Shown here: piece by piece, positions 39,134 to 52,287 of the stretch | Layout: every line of letters begins with the position of its first letter | How positions within the stretch are numbered: position 1 is the stretch's first letter | Source: the human T2T-CHM13v2.0 reference genome, Homo sapiens | Length of the DNA: 64,000 bases | Strand: one strand, 5' to 3' | NCBI RefSeq assembly: GCF_009914755.1 | Contig: NC_060946.1 | Made by a program: the position numbers and the translations under genes | Notes under the pieces: model-generated | What the model was told of the DNA's origin: nothing | What the model saw: the letters and a program-made list of their open reading frames with translations, nothing else | The model's database searches: none

Positions 39134-42100
39134 AGAATGCTGGTATCACCGGGAGAAAGGTGTTCTAATAGGCCGAGCCCTTGATCCTCCAAAGCCAGAT
39201 AGACCCCTCTAGGGGTTCTCAGCAGAGTCAGGGCATGGTCAGGAGGAGGAGGGCTGACGGAATCACTGAGCTCCCTCCGGGTGTCTCACTGATGAGCGTG
39301 TCCTAAGACTGTGCAGGAACAGGCCAGGCAGTGAGTCTGCCCCAGGGCCCACTACCTGGACCCCTAACCCCTGAGGCCTTTATAGGAAGGGAAGAAGGGG
39401 AAGGGGCCGCGGGCTCTTGGCTGAAGGGAGCATGCCTTGCCCAGGTCTCAGTCCGTGCAGCTCTCCTGGTCACAGATGCCCTGTGCACCTGGGGGTTGCG
39501 TGCACTGCTCAGGTGGGATACCCAGGAAGAACCGTGGGCCAGGTGGCCTTCCAGCTGAGCCACCTGTCTATCTTCCCTAGACCTAGCAGCCGTATGCCAC
39601 CGGCCCTCCGGCCACCAGCCCTGAGGGTTTCTGGGAAGCTCTTTGGCACTTGGGAGGGAGAGTGTGGCGCGAGAGGCTGAGCTTGCTGGAGTGGGCTGGA
39701 GGAGAGGGGAGCCATCAGAGGCTTCTGGTGCATTTTGAGGACCTGGGGCAGGGAGGAGTGGGCCGCTGGAGCCTTGTTTTTGTCCTTATTAAAAACATCT
39801 ATCAATTTGCATCTGTAGAAGGCATCTGATTAAACACCAGGTACGCAGGGCCTCAGGGCTGCTCAGTGGCTCTCAGGCCTCGGTTCTACAGAGCTGGATC
39901 CCGGGGCGAGCTGGGGCAGAGGCGTGGCGGTCTTCTTCCCAGGGAAGGGGACTGCTTCTCCCACAGCCACAGCCCTCCTGGCTGCCTGTATCTGGAGCCA
40001 CTGGAACACATGGTGGCCGGGGCGCCTTCTCGGGGACACTGATGCGTCTCAAGACTGGGAGGGGGAGAGCGGTGCCCTGCACGGCCAAGGAGTTCACAGC
40101 CAGGCCGTCCTTTCTTCTCATTACTTCCGCCCGCCTATGGGCAGAGTTGGGGTCAAAATTGATTACTAATTGAATCTGGGTCTGCTCATCTGAAACCACA
40201 TTCGCTTTCCTCTCACCAGGAGCCTCCTGGTGCCTCAGGAGCCGGGTCCCAGAGACCCAAATTAAAACCGTACCGTTTTCAAGGGAGGCCAAACAAATTA
40301 GTTAGCTTAGTTAGCTTTGCTTCTTTTTGCACAGTGGGCATTTTCCAGGCTGCCATCTAATTTAATTTTTGCTTTTCTATTTTCTTGCTCTGCGTGCATA
40401 ATAAGTTTCCTCGCATGTGAATTGCATTTGCTGAAGAGAAAACTTGTGCTGTGTTGGGTCGGTGTTGGAATTGAATGTGAGTAGGGTTGAAATCGGGGAG
40501 GCACTTGCTGCCCCTACCGCGTGCCGTGACCACAGGCGCTCGGAATGCCGGAGCAAGCCTGACTGTGCTCACTTGTCCATTGGTCGGTTTCTTAATTATT
40601 CATACATTTGCTCACTCACTCATCTGTTGAAAGAAGATGGATACCCATGGCAGCAGAAGAGGTGCATGGGGAAGTCAACTCAAAACACCCAATACAGAGA
40701 GCCATGCAGTGCTGCAGGTGCGGGAATTCAGACTGGGGCCCCAGAGTGCCGTCACTTTTTCCCGCTGGGACCTCAGCAAGGATGCATCCATGAGGGGGCA
40801 TTTGAATAGGGTATTGAGGGATGACGAGGAGCTCACCAGAAATGCTTCTCTTTGTGAAAAGAGGGGGCCAGTGGTTAGAGAGGAATTCTAGCCTCCAGCC
40901 TCCCCGGCCTTGTCTCTGAGCTAAAGCATTTCTGGGTGAACCATGTCCCTGCCTGTACAGGGCAGGGCTGTGAGCCTGTGCACCTGCATGCGAGATCCAA
41001 CTTACGGAACCATCAGTGAAAGATTCAAACACAAACCAGCCACGCACTGTGGCGCTTTCCATCCTTACACACAGTATCAGCCACCGAGCCTCCCCTCCCC
41101 CAGGGCTGCCCTCTGAGGCAGGCACCCAGGTGCGTGATGCCCTGGCGGGCTGGCCAGGCCCTGCTTCTGCTCCTTTCTAGCTGTTTATGCAGACGCGCCA
41201 GGTTCCCTTTTCCATCAGCACACACGTGCTGGGTCCCGCAGCCACCACAGCACGGCACTGAGGACTGAGACCCTGTGTCCGAGTCCAGCGCTCACCCAGC
41301 CCTTGCCAGGCATGCAGTACCTGGCTGTACCTGGCCAGCCCGCCTCGCTGAAGCAAGGTCTTCCTTTATGAAGAGAGGTGCTGTCTCCCACAAGTTGAGT
41401 TCTCCTGAAACTCCTTTCCCAGGAAATCAAAGACTGCAGCCCAGTAGCGGGGGCAGCAGAGGGTGGTGGTTTGTGAGCGGAACTGCCCCAGAGCTGAGCC
41501 AGAGGGGTGAAGGGTGGTAGCCTCAAGTCTCGGTCGTGGGCGGGGGCAGTTTTCCCTGGGAGCTTTTGGAGGATGGTAAACTGCAGTCATGGCACAGCGC
41601 AGACCCATTGTCAGGGCCGCAGTGGCCACTGGGAGGTGCAGGACAGGCCGGGCTGACTGCCAGGTCTGGGGAGGCTGTGCCCAGGAAGGGGCAGGGCCAG
41701 AGGGCCTGGAGGTGGGTGTTGGGTGGAGCCTTATATTCTCCAGGCATGAGGCCTTGCGAGCCACCTGGGTCCTGGGCTGGGAAAAGAGGCAGAAAACAGG
41801 CAGGTGGGCACTGCCGGGTTCTGGGCAGAGGTATGGTGGCCAGAGTCTTTGCTTCTCTGTGGTTGGGAGTTTGAGGCAGGCGTGGGACAGTAGAGGCCTT
41901 GCCCGCTCTCAGGCAGTGTGGATGGTTGGCAGTAGACGCGCAGCCTTAGGCGGGTGGACGCTGAGGCCGTGGGTTTGGCATCTGTGCTTCACGTGTGGTT
42001 TAGAGTCCAGGTGTGAAGAAGAAGGGGCACCACGAGGGGGATCTGTGGTCAGCGTCACCTTCCACCCCACGTCCACAGCCCTGTCCTCATCCTCCAGCAG

Positions 42101-45100
42101 CAGGTCGGTGCGGGAGGGTGGAGGGTGCCCTGGCCACGTACAGGAGTCTGGAGATGGTCCTGTCCTTGCTGTGGGGATGGGGACCACATTGATGGCAGGG
42201 CCATTGGACCCTGGGCTGTGGGTCCTGGCAGTGACTGCAGGAGCCAGGGTAGGAGGGAAGTCACTTCTTCTCTTGCCTTTCCCCGTTGTTGACCGTCATC
42301 ATGCCTAGCTGCTCATGATGCCCTAGCAATGTGGGGTTTAATTACAGGAGTGCAGGAGCAAAAGCCTTTCGGTTCTGAGAGGCTGGGCACAGCGCGTCAT
42401 CTCCACCTCGAGGCGCCAACGGGGCCCCCAGGGCCAGCTGAAGGCATGTTGTGGCTGGGACTAGGGTGACGGGAATTTTCCACCAGGAGCGACGTGAATC
42501 ACCTGCTCTATTGTACGCAAGAGACTGGGAGTGCGCCAAGGTCCCTAAGATGCGGTGTCTGTGGCCGAGTCAGCCTGCATCTACCAGTTGGTGCTCAGCC
42601 TGGCCAGGGGTTGGCCCCAGGGTGGCAGCTGGAGAGGCTGTGGCTGGCCCTGCCTGCCCCGTTCATCCCTTCGGCAAGTGGTGGTTGGGATAAGGAAGGC
42701 CCTGCTTCCCTACAGTTGTTCATACAACATGGGGACATCTGTTTGACCACAGAGCTCACAGGAGACCGCCTGCTGGCAGTTGGCTGTTCATGGGCAGCCC
42801 TTCCTGCGTTGAGCCCTGACCACCCTTGGCAGCCTGGCACCCCGCACTGGCCACCCAGCGCCATCCAGGAGGGGGTCTGGGCCCTCACCAAATCATCGAG
42901 GCCCTGATCTGAGGAAGGATAATGAAGCTGTTTTTCAGAGGGGCCCAGACCCCCACGTGGAGCACCGGCTTTGCTCTGGGCTGTTTACTGGGCACCCGCT
43001 CCCCTAACAACCTTCCTGAGAAAAGGACTCATGTTCCAGGTACCTTCCAGTACGCGACGGAGACCAGCTGGGTACCTGCCTGCCTCAGGAGGCACCCTGA
43101 TGGACCTGTCGGCTTCCTTCTGGGGGCTCAGGGAGATCCCAGCATTTCTGGAGGCTTCCCGAGGCCATGGGCGACTGGGTGTACAGCCACATCCTCAGCC
43201 AGGTTGTGGGTCCTGGCCACCCTGGACCCCTCATGGCTTGGGGTCCGTGCTTTGTGGCACAGAAGCTGTGGGTGCTGGTGTGGCCCTCTGCTTGGCAGGC
43301 ATTGCCAGCCACTGCATCACGCGACCGTGGTGGGGCTGTCAGGACACATACATCTCCACGCAGACTGCTGCCACCCGCGGCCTTTTTGTTATGGAACCAC
43401 TGCTGGGAGAGGGTGGCGTGTTATAAACGCTTGGCAAGCGGAGAGGCGCCTGGGGGCTGTTGGTGACACTTTCTTCCCCAGCACACCCCTCCGTTCCATT
43501 CTGCCTGGATCCAGATGGGGTTGGAGATGCCCTGGGATGCGGGCACCATGTCCCTCAGTTCTGAGCATGATTGGTTTGTGAGGAAGATGGTGGGAAGAGA
43601 CCCTGCCCCCGGTTCCCTAGGACGTGGATGTGAATTGCTTCAGTCCAGAGGATGCAGCCACTTCAGGCCCAGCAGGTGGGCAGGGCAGGGCAGGTGTGTC
43701 TGCTGTTGGAGCCACAACTCACAGTGCCCTGGCCAGGGCCACTGTGGTGAAGTTGTTTCAGGGAGGAGCTGACTGCCCGGCCCGACCCATGGCTGTGGCG
43801 TGAGGGCACAATGGCAACTGTGCTAAAGGCCAAGCACTTTGCTTCATCAGAGTCCAGTTTTACCAGAAGGGAGCAAGCCAGTCCTTCTCCAGCAAGTTAC
43901 CCAGCAGTTCCTTCCAGATCTCGGTGCGTTTAATTGTTGGAAAACCACACAGTAGCTGCATGGCTCTCTGACGCCTCTGTAGAGAGATGAGACGGTTGGA
44001 GCCAGGGTGTTCTGCTGCTGAGAACACGAAGTTCCTTGAATGTCCCCCTCTGTGAAGCGCCCCCACTCCCAGCTCCAGGGAGCACAGCTCAGGGTGAAGG
44101 AGAGGAGACCCCAGCATTCACGGGCACTACGTGAGCGTCACCAGATGGCAGCTGGGGTTGGTAGATAAGTTGATTTTTGAGGTGCTGTGGGGAGTCTCAG
44201 GTTGGGAGCACACTGGGAGGTGGCTGAGCAAACATGGGTGCCCGAGCCTCTCCGTGTCCCGTCACGTAGGCACGGCAGCTCTGGAGGGAAGGGGGTGGTC
44301 TCCTTGCTCTAGCCTCTCCATGTCCCGTCACGTCGGCACGGTGGCTCTGCAGGGAGGGTCCTGTCCCGTCACGTTGGCGCCGCGGCTCTGGAGGGAAGAG
44401 GGCGGTCACCTGGCTCTGCTCCCTCCCTTTCATAAGGGAGGCTCTTTCCCAGGGCTGTGGACACAGGGCCCCTGTGCTGCCAACCAGGGGAGCCAAGAGG
44501 AGGAGGAGGAGGAGGCCAGACACCTGGGCTGGGCCTGACCCTGGGCAGACCACCACCCTCCCCTGGGGCTGGGGCGCTGGTGTCCTGGCCCCCTCGAACT
44601 CTTGAAGCCTGCCCGTGGAAGGCCCACTGCACGTGGGATGCATCGTCCACGGGCCTACAGGGTTTGGAAGGAGCACGCCTGCTCCACTCGTGCTCCTGCC
44701 TTGAACCCACCGTCACTCCTTCCCATGAGGTTGGGGACAGCTTGTGCCTGCTCCACAAGGCCCCCACTCCGTGTGATTCGGGGACAGAGAGCTGCAGGGT
44801 CCTGGGCAATGGGACCCCAGGCTGTGCTACCCAGGCACGTCCCATCCCTCGTCCTGTTGGGCCCCTCTGCCAAGTGCAGGCTTCCCGGCACCGACTTTCC
44901 CATCTGAATCACTCCCAACAAACTTGGGTGGGGTTTTAATTTTTTTTCGAATTCTGTCATTTTTGAGCCGAATGACTCAAATGACTAATAACTGTCTGGC
45001 GTGGAGGAAAAGGAAGGGGAGGGCTGGGAGGAGCTCCTGTGTGAATTTGACCTTGATCCAGCACCCACTCTGCAGCCTCCCAGGCAGAAGGCCCCTGATG

Positions 45101-45602
45101 GAAGCTGGGACAGATGTGGGGAGAGCAGGGGCAAGCAGGGAGCAACCTCCTTATCCCCACAGTCATTTCAGGAGCACTGAGGGCTGGGAGGAGGGGCCGT
45201 GGTGGGGCAGCCTAGGCCTATGGGGTCTGCGGGCCCAGAGCTGAGTCAGGCAGCGTGTGGTGGATCTGGTAGTAGCTGGATGCATCAGTGTGGCAATCCA
45301 GGAAGGCTTCCTGGAGGAAATGGGCACTGTGTTTAAAGGGGAGGCCACACCCATCTGTCATTGTGTACTGGGCATGGTTGTCACCCAGGATGCCCCAGGG
45401 TCCTTCAGCAGCAGGCATGAGTGGGGGTCCACTCCACATCCAGCCCTGCCCGGACCCCCCGGCTGCTCCTGGAGCAAACCGTGTCTGAAGGGGCTGGCAG
45501 GATGCAGAGTGGACAGCAGCCCTCACTCTTCTGCAGGAAAAGCTTTTGTGTGCTTCAGTCATTAGAAAAGTGAATGTAAGTCCTTAAGTACTTGGATATT
45601 TC

Positions 45603-45953
45603 TGTCTTGGTCCATTTTGTGATGTTGAGACTGGGTAATTTATAAAGAAAAGAAATTTATTTTACACTGTTCTGGGGGCTGGGAAGTCCAAAATCAAGGC
45701 ACTAGCATGTTCAATTGTGTGGTGAGGGCTGCATTCTCCAGAGAGGCAGAACGCTCCGTCCTCACGTGGTGGAAGGTGGAAGGGCAGAAGGGGGCCAGGC
45801 TCCCGCAGTCAGGTCCTTTTACAGCATTATCTCTCCAGGATGGTGGAGCTTTCATGACCTGAACATCGGTCAAAGTGCCCATCTCCCAACACTGCTGCAT
45901 TGGGGGTTAAGTTTCCAACACGTGAATTTAGGGAACACTTTTAGACCACGGCA
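45603..45953 (-). mobile_element. MaLR solo LTR, MST-type
   Basis: tgtcttggtccatt..ctgggtaatttataaagaaaagaaattta..gggaagtccaaaatcaagg...gtttccaacacgtgaatt..agaccacggca; near-TSD atttc/attta. Confidence 0.88.
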
Positions 45954-46099
45954 ATTTAGAAATACGTGTATGTTCTTAACGCAGCTGTGGCCTCAAGCAG
46001 GTCCCCTGAGCGCGCTGAGCTGTGGGCAGAGAAGCAGAGGAGGGACAGTGTGGTTGAAGGCACGGTCCTGCCTGCCTTCCTGAAGCCAAACACTGATTC

Positions 46100-46410
46100 T
46101 TTTTTTTTTTTTTTTTTTTTTTTTTTGAGACAGAGTCTCGCTCTGTTACCCAGGCTGGAGTGCAGTGGCGCGATCTCAGCTCACTGCAACCTCCGCCTCC
46201 CAGGTTCAAGCAATTCTCTGCCTCAGCCTCCCGAGTAGCAGGGATTACAGGCGCCTGCCACTACACCCGGCTAATTTTTTTTTTGTATTTTTAGTAGAGA
46301 TGGGGTTTCATCATGTTGGCCAGGCTGGTCTTGAACTCCTGACCTCCTGATCCATCTGCCTTGGTCTCCCAAAGTGCTGCAATTACAGGTGTGAGCCACC
46401 ACGCCCGACC
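46100..46410 (-). mobile_element. Full-length Alu (AluS) with TSD
   Basis: Long poly-T then gagacagagtctcgctctg...gtgagccaccacgcccgacc; TSD ac(a/g)ctgattctttt. Confidence 0.96.
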
Positions 46411-46467
46411 GACGCTGATTCTTTTTCAGGGTGTTGCTTGCTCTCTAGAGTCTGCTAGAACCACCCT

Positions 46468-46854
<387 letters not shown>

Positions 46855-47835
46855 CTAAAAAAAGAAGAGTAAACAATATCTACATCAAGTGGAAGAAAGA
46901 CAATAATAAAGATTAAAATGGGAATAAAGTAGAATATAGAAAAATAATGAAAATTACCAAAAGTTCTTTTTTTTTTTTTTTTTGAGATGGAGTCTCATTT
47001 TTTTTTTTTTTTGAGATGGAGTCTCACTCTGTTGCCCAGGCTAGAGTGCAGTGGTGTGATCTCAGCTCTCTGCAACCTCTGCCCTCCCGGGTTCAAGCAG
47101 TTCTCTTGCCTCAGCCTCCCAAATAGCTGGGATTACAGGCTTGCACTGCCACGCCCAGCTATTTTTTTTCTTCTATTTATAGTAGAGATGGGGTTTCACT
47201 GTGTTGGTGAGTCTGGTCTCAAACTCATGGCCTCAAGTGATCTGCCTGCCTTGGCCTCCCAAAGTTCTGGGATTACAGGTGTGAGCCACTGCCCACCCAG
47301 CAGGTTAGTTCTTTCAAAGATAAATGAAATTGACAAATCTCTAGCTAGGCTGATATGAGGGAGTAGAGAGGGATAGAGAAGAAGGAAAGTGAAGGAAGGC
47401 TGAAATTACCACATCATAAATAAAAGGGGACATTAGTACCCACCATATGAAATAAAAAGGTTAAAGGGATACTATGAACAATTGTATGCCAATACAGTAG
47501 ATAGTTTAGATGAAATAAACGCATTCCTAGAAAGACACAAACTTCCAGAACTAACTCTAGAGGAAACAAACAGTTTGAATAGACCTATGTTAAGTAAAAA
47601 CAAGGAATGAGTTATCAAAACTTCCCAACAAGAAAAGCCCAGGACCAGATGGCTTCACTGGTGAATTGGTCCAAACGCTTAAAGAAAAATTAACACTGGA
47701 TCTTCTAAAGCTCTTCCAAAAAATAGAAGAATAGGGGCCACTTCTTAACTCACTCTGTGAGGTTGGTATTGCCCTAATACCAAAGTATCAGACATCACAA
47801 GAAAACTACAGATCTATGGATACGGACATAGATGT
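46855..47835 (+). mobile_element. L1M ORF2 fragment (between endonuclease and RT, into the RT start), split by an Alu
   Basis: gatactatgaacaattgtatgccaa..ttcctagaaagacacaaact..aaaagcccaggaccagatggcttcactggtgaatt..ctcttccaaaaaatagaaga; disrupted reading frame. Confidence 0.9.
46966..47301 (-). mobile_element. Alu (AluS/J-like) with duplicated 3' end, inserted in L1
   Basis: (T)n gagatggagtctca (T)n gagatggagtctcactctg...; flanking agttcttt on both sides. Confidence 0.93.
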
Positions 47836-50463
47836 CACTTTGGGTTTCGTGCAGTCCCACAGTACGCCTCATCCCTGAGGCACGTGTCTCTCCTGCAGCA
47901 CCACCGTGATGGGGACAGTGACATCCATGCCTGCATCTCCAGCACACACCTGTGCCCTGAGTATGTAAAGGCGCTCTGTGAATGTCAGTGGGTCCTGATG
48001 CCTCCAAATGCCTGGTTGAAGCAGGTTTTCAGGGAGACCCGATGATGAACAAAGCCAGTGAACCAGCAGGCCTGAGCTGGGAGCAGAGAGGGAAGGATGG
48101 GGGACGCTGCCACTCTTGAACCTGAGTGATGCCTTCCAGGTTCTTGATGGTGTTTAAAGTGTCCACTACACCCTGCTAATAATGCCGCTTGCCTCATCTT
48201 ACATATGTTAATCAGCATCTGAGAATAATCAGCGTCTACAAGAAGAAATATCTTTGAAAAATCTTTGAGGAAATTCTCTCCAGGAAGCCGAGAGCTGAGG
48301 GGGCCCAGCATGTGGTGCTGGCGCGGGCCCTGATTGCGGCCATTAGCAGGGACATTCGTGACGTTTCAGGGAAGGGTGCATGGGGTCTGCCTGATGCCAG
48401 AGGACCTTGAGCTGCTCCCGTCCACTTCCACCTCCGAAACTCAGCCCCACAAACACTCCTGAGGGCGGGGTGGGTGGGGGAGCAGCGAGGTCTTACGACT
48501 GCTGCGTTCCTATTATGGCCCATCTGGGGATTCCGGGGCTCTTCTGAGGAGGACAGAGGCAGGTCCCTTGTCCCGAGCCTGCAGCGTTGCTTGTCCATGG
48601 CAGACGCCAGATGGATGTGCACAGCCCATGGGCGCTCAGTTCCGCAGCTCCCTGCCTCTCTGGGTGGAGTCTAAATATGGGTTATTTTTCAGCATCCTGA
48701 AAGCCACGCTGCATCTTGCGTGAGTGACGGAGCACCGTGACAGTTGATGCGGCCGGCAGGTTCAGGGCTGGCCTGTCCCAGCTCCTTCCTGAAGGTTATA
48801 TGGATCACCCCATTCATTGTACAAACACCCACCCAGGGCAGTACTGCTGTCACCTCCTGTTAAAAGCAGGGAAGCTGAGCCCCACAAAGGGTGGAGCTGG
48901 CCCCAAGCCCACAGCTGGAAAGTGGGGGCACTGGGTCTTCAGTGCTGCAGAGAACGTCTCTCTTCTGTCCTGGAAATGCCTCTGCTGGCCCAGACCTAGG
49001 GCGTCGACGTGCAGAGAGAGAAAGGACCAGGCCTGTGGCCACAGTGTGGCCTCTTGGGCTCCCAGGCAGTCATGGAATAAGGGTTCAGATGGACAGTGCC
49101 CTGTGCTGAGGGGTGTGGAGGGAGCAGTGACAAGAGCCTAGAGGAAGGAACCATGGCCTCATACTGCAGCGTCCAAAGAGGTCGTGTAAGAGGAGGTGAC
49201 GCCTTTGCCCGTCATTGTCAGGAGCAGGTGCGATTACCGGGCAGGACACCCGGGGACCTTGATGGTCTCTGGGCAGCAGAGTCCGGGGCAAGTCTCCGAG
49301 GGCCCTGCTGAGGGCGCAGCGCCTTCTGGACCCCGCGGCGGAGGATCCAGCATTCTTCCTGGCCTGTTGGCTGCAGAGGCGGGACACAGGCAGAGACCCT
49401 GCCTCACTCTGGGCCCTCGTCCACCCACAAAGGGACCCAGAATCATAGCCGCAGCCTTGTTGCTCGCTGGGCTTTGAGCAAGTGGAGAATTTTGCTTCAG
49501 CCACCATGGTCTGGCCATGGAGCCAGGAGGTCTACGGGGACCGTCTTGTGGAGGGAGGGAGACATTCACAGCCCAGCCCACCGTCCACAGACCAGCCAGG
49601 AGGCTGAGTCCAAGACAGGAGGCAGAGAGGCTGGACCTCATGGTCACATTCTCCTCAGGGGGTCCAGATTCTGCCTTCTCAGGGGAACCCAGATTCAGTG
49701 GCACAGAGGGACTCAGGCACCACCACAGCAGCTGGGCTGGACGGTGGATGTGGGTGGAGGAGGCTCCAAGTCAGGGAGCCCTTCCGGGAGGAGGCGGTGG
49801 CCAAGCTGGGGGTGGGGCATTCTTTGCCCTTGTCCTGCTTTTCTCCCTGTCATCACCCACTTGTTCTCGCCCTGTCCTGGTTTGATGAGGGACCCAGCTG
49901 CTGTCCTCTCTGAGCTGTGCTGGGGGTGGCAGCAGGGGCCGGTGCTGGGAAGGCCTCCGTCCCTGGCCTTTTAGGTGGGGCTTGGCTGTGTGCAGGGAAC
50001 AAGGACCAGCAGCCCCACAGCTGGCGCCCTCCACCTCCCTTAGCGCAGGCCCTGCTTTGATGAACATACAGTCCCCATGCTGTCTTTGATGTGATTTGAG
50101 ATTTCAAACTAAATTAAATAACATAATGAAAAAGCCAGGGACATTTTGAAAGAAAATTTTATTTTGATCTTGGAGATGCTTTGATCATGTGACTTGGAGG
50201 GGGGTGAGTGGGGTTGCCTCCCTGTTCCTCCCCTGCTCCGGGTGTGGGGCGGGGACGGCTCTGGGCCATGTTTGGGGCCTGTCTGGATGCCGAGTCATCT
50301 TCAGGTTCCCAGACTCCAGTTCACCCTTCTAGGGGGCTGGGTATTCTCTCAAGGGCTGTCCCCCCAAAAAAACCCCAGGCTCCCATATTGCAAATCCTCT
50401 AAACTCATTGTCTTCGGACATGCTGTGCCCTCACTGTCCCATCTCCCAGTGCCCGGCAAGGAA

Positions 50464-50597
50464 GTTGTTGTTTGCTGACGATGGTTGGATGTGGCCTGGA
50501 CTCTGGAGCAGAAGTGGCGCTTGAGCACAGTTGCTGTTTGCTGACGGTGGCTGGATGTGGCTCGGACTCTTTGGAGCAGAAGTGGCGCTTGAGCACA
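50464..50597. repeat. Tandem duplication, 2 x ~66 bp
   Basis: gttg(t/c)tgtttgctgacg(a/g)tgg(t/c)tggatgtggc...ggagcagaagtggcgcttgagcaca occurs twice. Confidence 0.9.
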
Positions 50598-52087
50598 TCT
50601 CGAGTATGTTTGTGGTGTGAACATTTTCTTTATTTCATTTTTTTATGGAGCTGTGTTGCCATCAAGAGGTCCAGACCCTTCTAGAAATCTTGGACAGGTT
50701 GTAAGAATGAACTTAAAAACTCTTTACACAGAATTTTCCCCTAGAGACAATTCTTTCCAGCCGATAAAATGCCCGGCAGCCCCCTTAGCCGCAAAATGCT
50801 GTGGCGTTGGAGCTGATGTTCCTGTTTTCAGGAGAACAGCTGCATGTCCCAGGCGAATTCATCTCAGCACGTTGTGGAGGCAGATGACTGGAGCTGAGGA
50901 GGGTGTGCTGGGATCCCCCCACTGGGCTCCGCCCTGGCTCTGCACCTTACCAGCTGTGCAACGACACAGCGCGTGGCCCTCTCCCAGGCCGGGGTCTCTC
51001 TTCTGTCAGCAGAAGTGAGGAGGCTCCTCACCTTCTGGGTGGGTTTTGGGGGTCAGGAGGTGAAGGGAGCAGACACTCTCGGAGCTCCTGGCCCTGGGAG
51101 CACCCCGATCCGTGCCTACAGCTGCTCTTACAGTCTCGGAGACCCAGGGCCAGCTGCTGGAATCTCAGAGTTAGGGGGCGTGTCTCTTCGGGGGAAACTC
51201 TGACGCAGGAGCAGGCACAGTGAATACAGTCAGAGCTCATTGATTCCAGCTCCACTATTATGGAGCCCAGGACAGTGTGGGGTCTCCAGGCCCCAGGTGA
51301 CCTTTGTAGGAACAAAGGTTTGCTGAGCAAATCATGAGAGCACGTACGGGGTGTGTGTCCAAATCATCTGGACCCCTGTGTAGTCCACACTGCAGTTGGG
51401 GTCACTGGCGTACTGCTGGCCCTACGGTCAGGGTCTGTGGCCACCTGGCACAGTGTCCCACCAGAGCGCAGAGAGGGACATTCCCCATGCCCCACCCTCG
51501 GCCCCGAGCCGCCTCGGGCACGTCTTGCCTGCTGGAACCTTGCCCCAGCCCTCTCTCCTTGTGCCCTTCCCACGTTTACAGAAGAAGGCTGGGCTGAATG
51601 GTGTGCAGGCCTCGAACCCCGGCCGCAGAACTCGCCCCAATGAGGGGAAACTGGAGGCTCTTTCCTCCTGACCATGCATGATGAGCCGGTGCCCCGAGGG
51701 TTTGTCTGCGTCTTTCCAAAGACACCTTATGGCGTGTTTCCAGTCAGTAGTCAGACATTCTGCTCATCTCCCTGGGTTCAGAGCCTGCTGGACACTGATC
51801 AGTGCCCAGGCCTGGTCCCGCCCTATGGGGACAGTGCAGCAGGGAACAGAGAGGGGGCAGCGTATGGCAGTGGGTGCCAGATTTGGAGGAGATGCCGGGG
51901 GCTCGTTCCCCCACCCTCCTGGACAGCGTCCTCCTCCCTGCACATCCTTGTGAGTAATGCTCTGGGAACCTCCGGGCTCTGGAGACACAGTGGGATGGAA
52001 AAGGCCAATAAAAGACAAATACACAAGTCTGCAGAAATGAACTGGGGGCCTGGGAGCCTGGGAGCCTGCAGAGACATCCACAGGGGT

Positions 52088-52287
52088 GATGGTGACTGGG
52101 GGCTCATTGGGGTGCCCACTTTGGGGAGATGGTGACTGGGGGGCTCATTGGGGTGCCCACTTTGGGGAGATGGTGACTGGGGGCTCATTGGGGTGCCCAC
52201 TTTGGGGAGATGGTGACTGGGGGCTCATTGGGGTGCCTACTTTGGGGAGATGGTGACTGGGGGCTCATTGGGGTGCCCACTTTGGGA
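52088..52287. repeat. G-rich minisatellite, 5 x 40 bp
   Basis: gatggtgactgggggctcattggggtgcccactttgggga. Confidence 0.96.
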
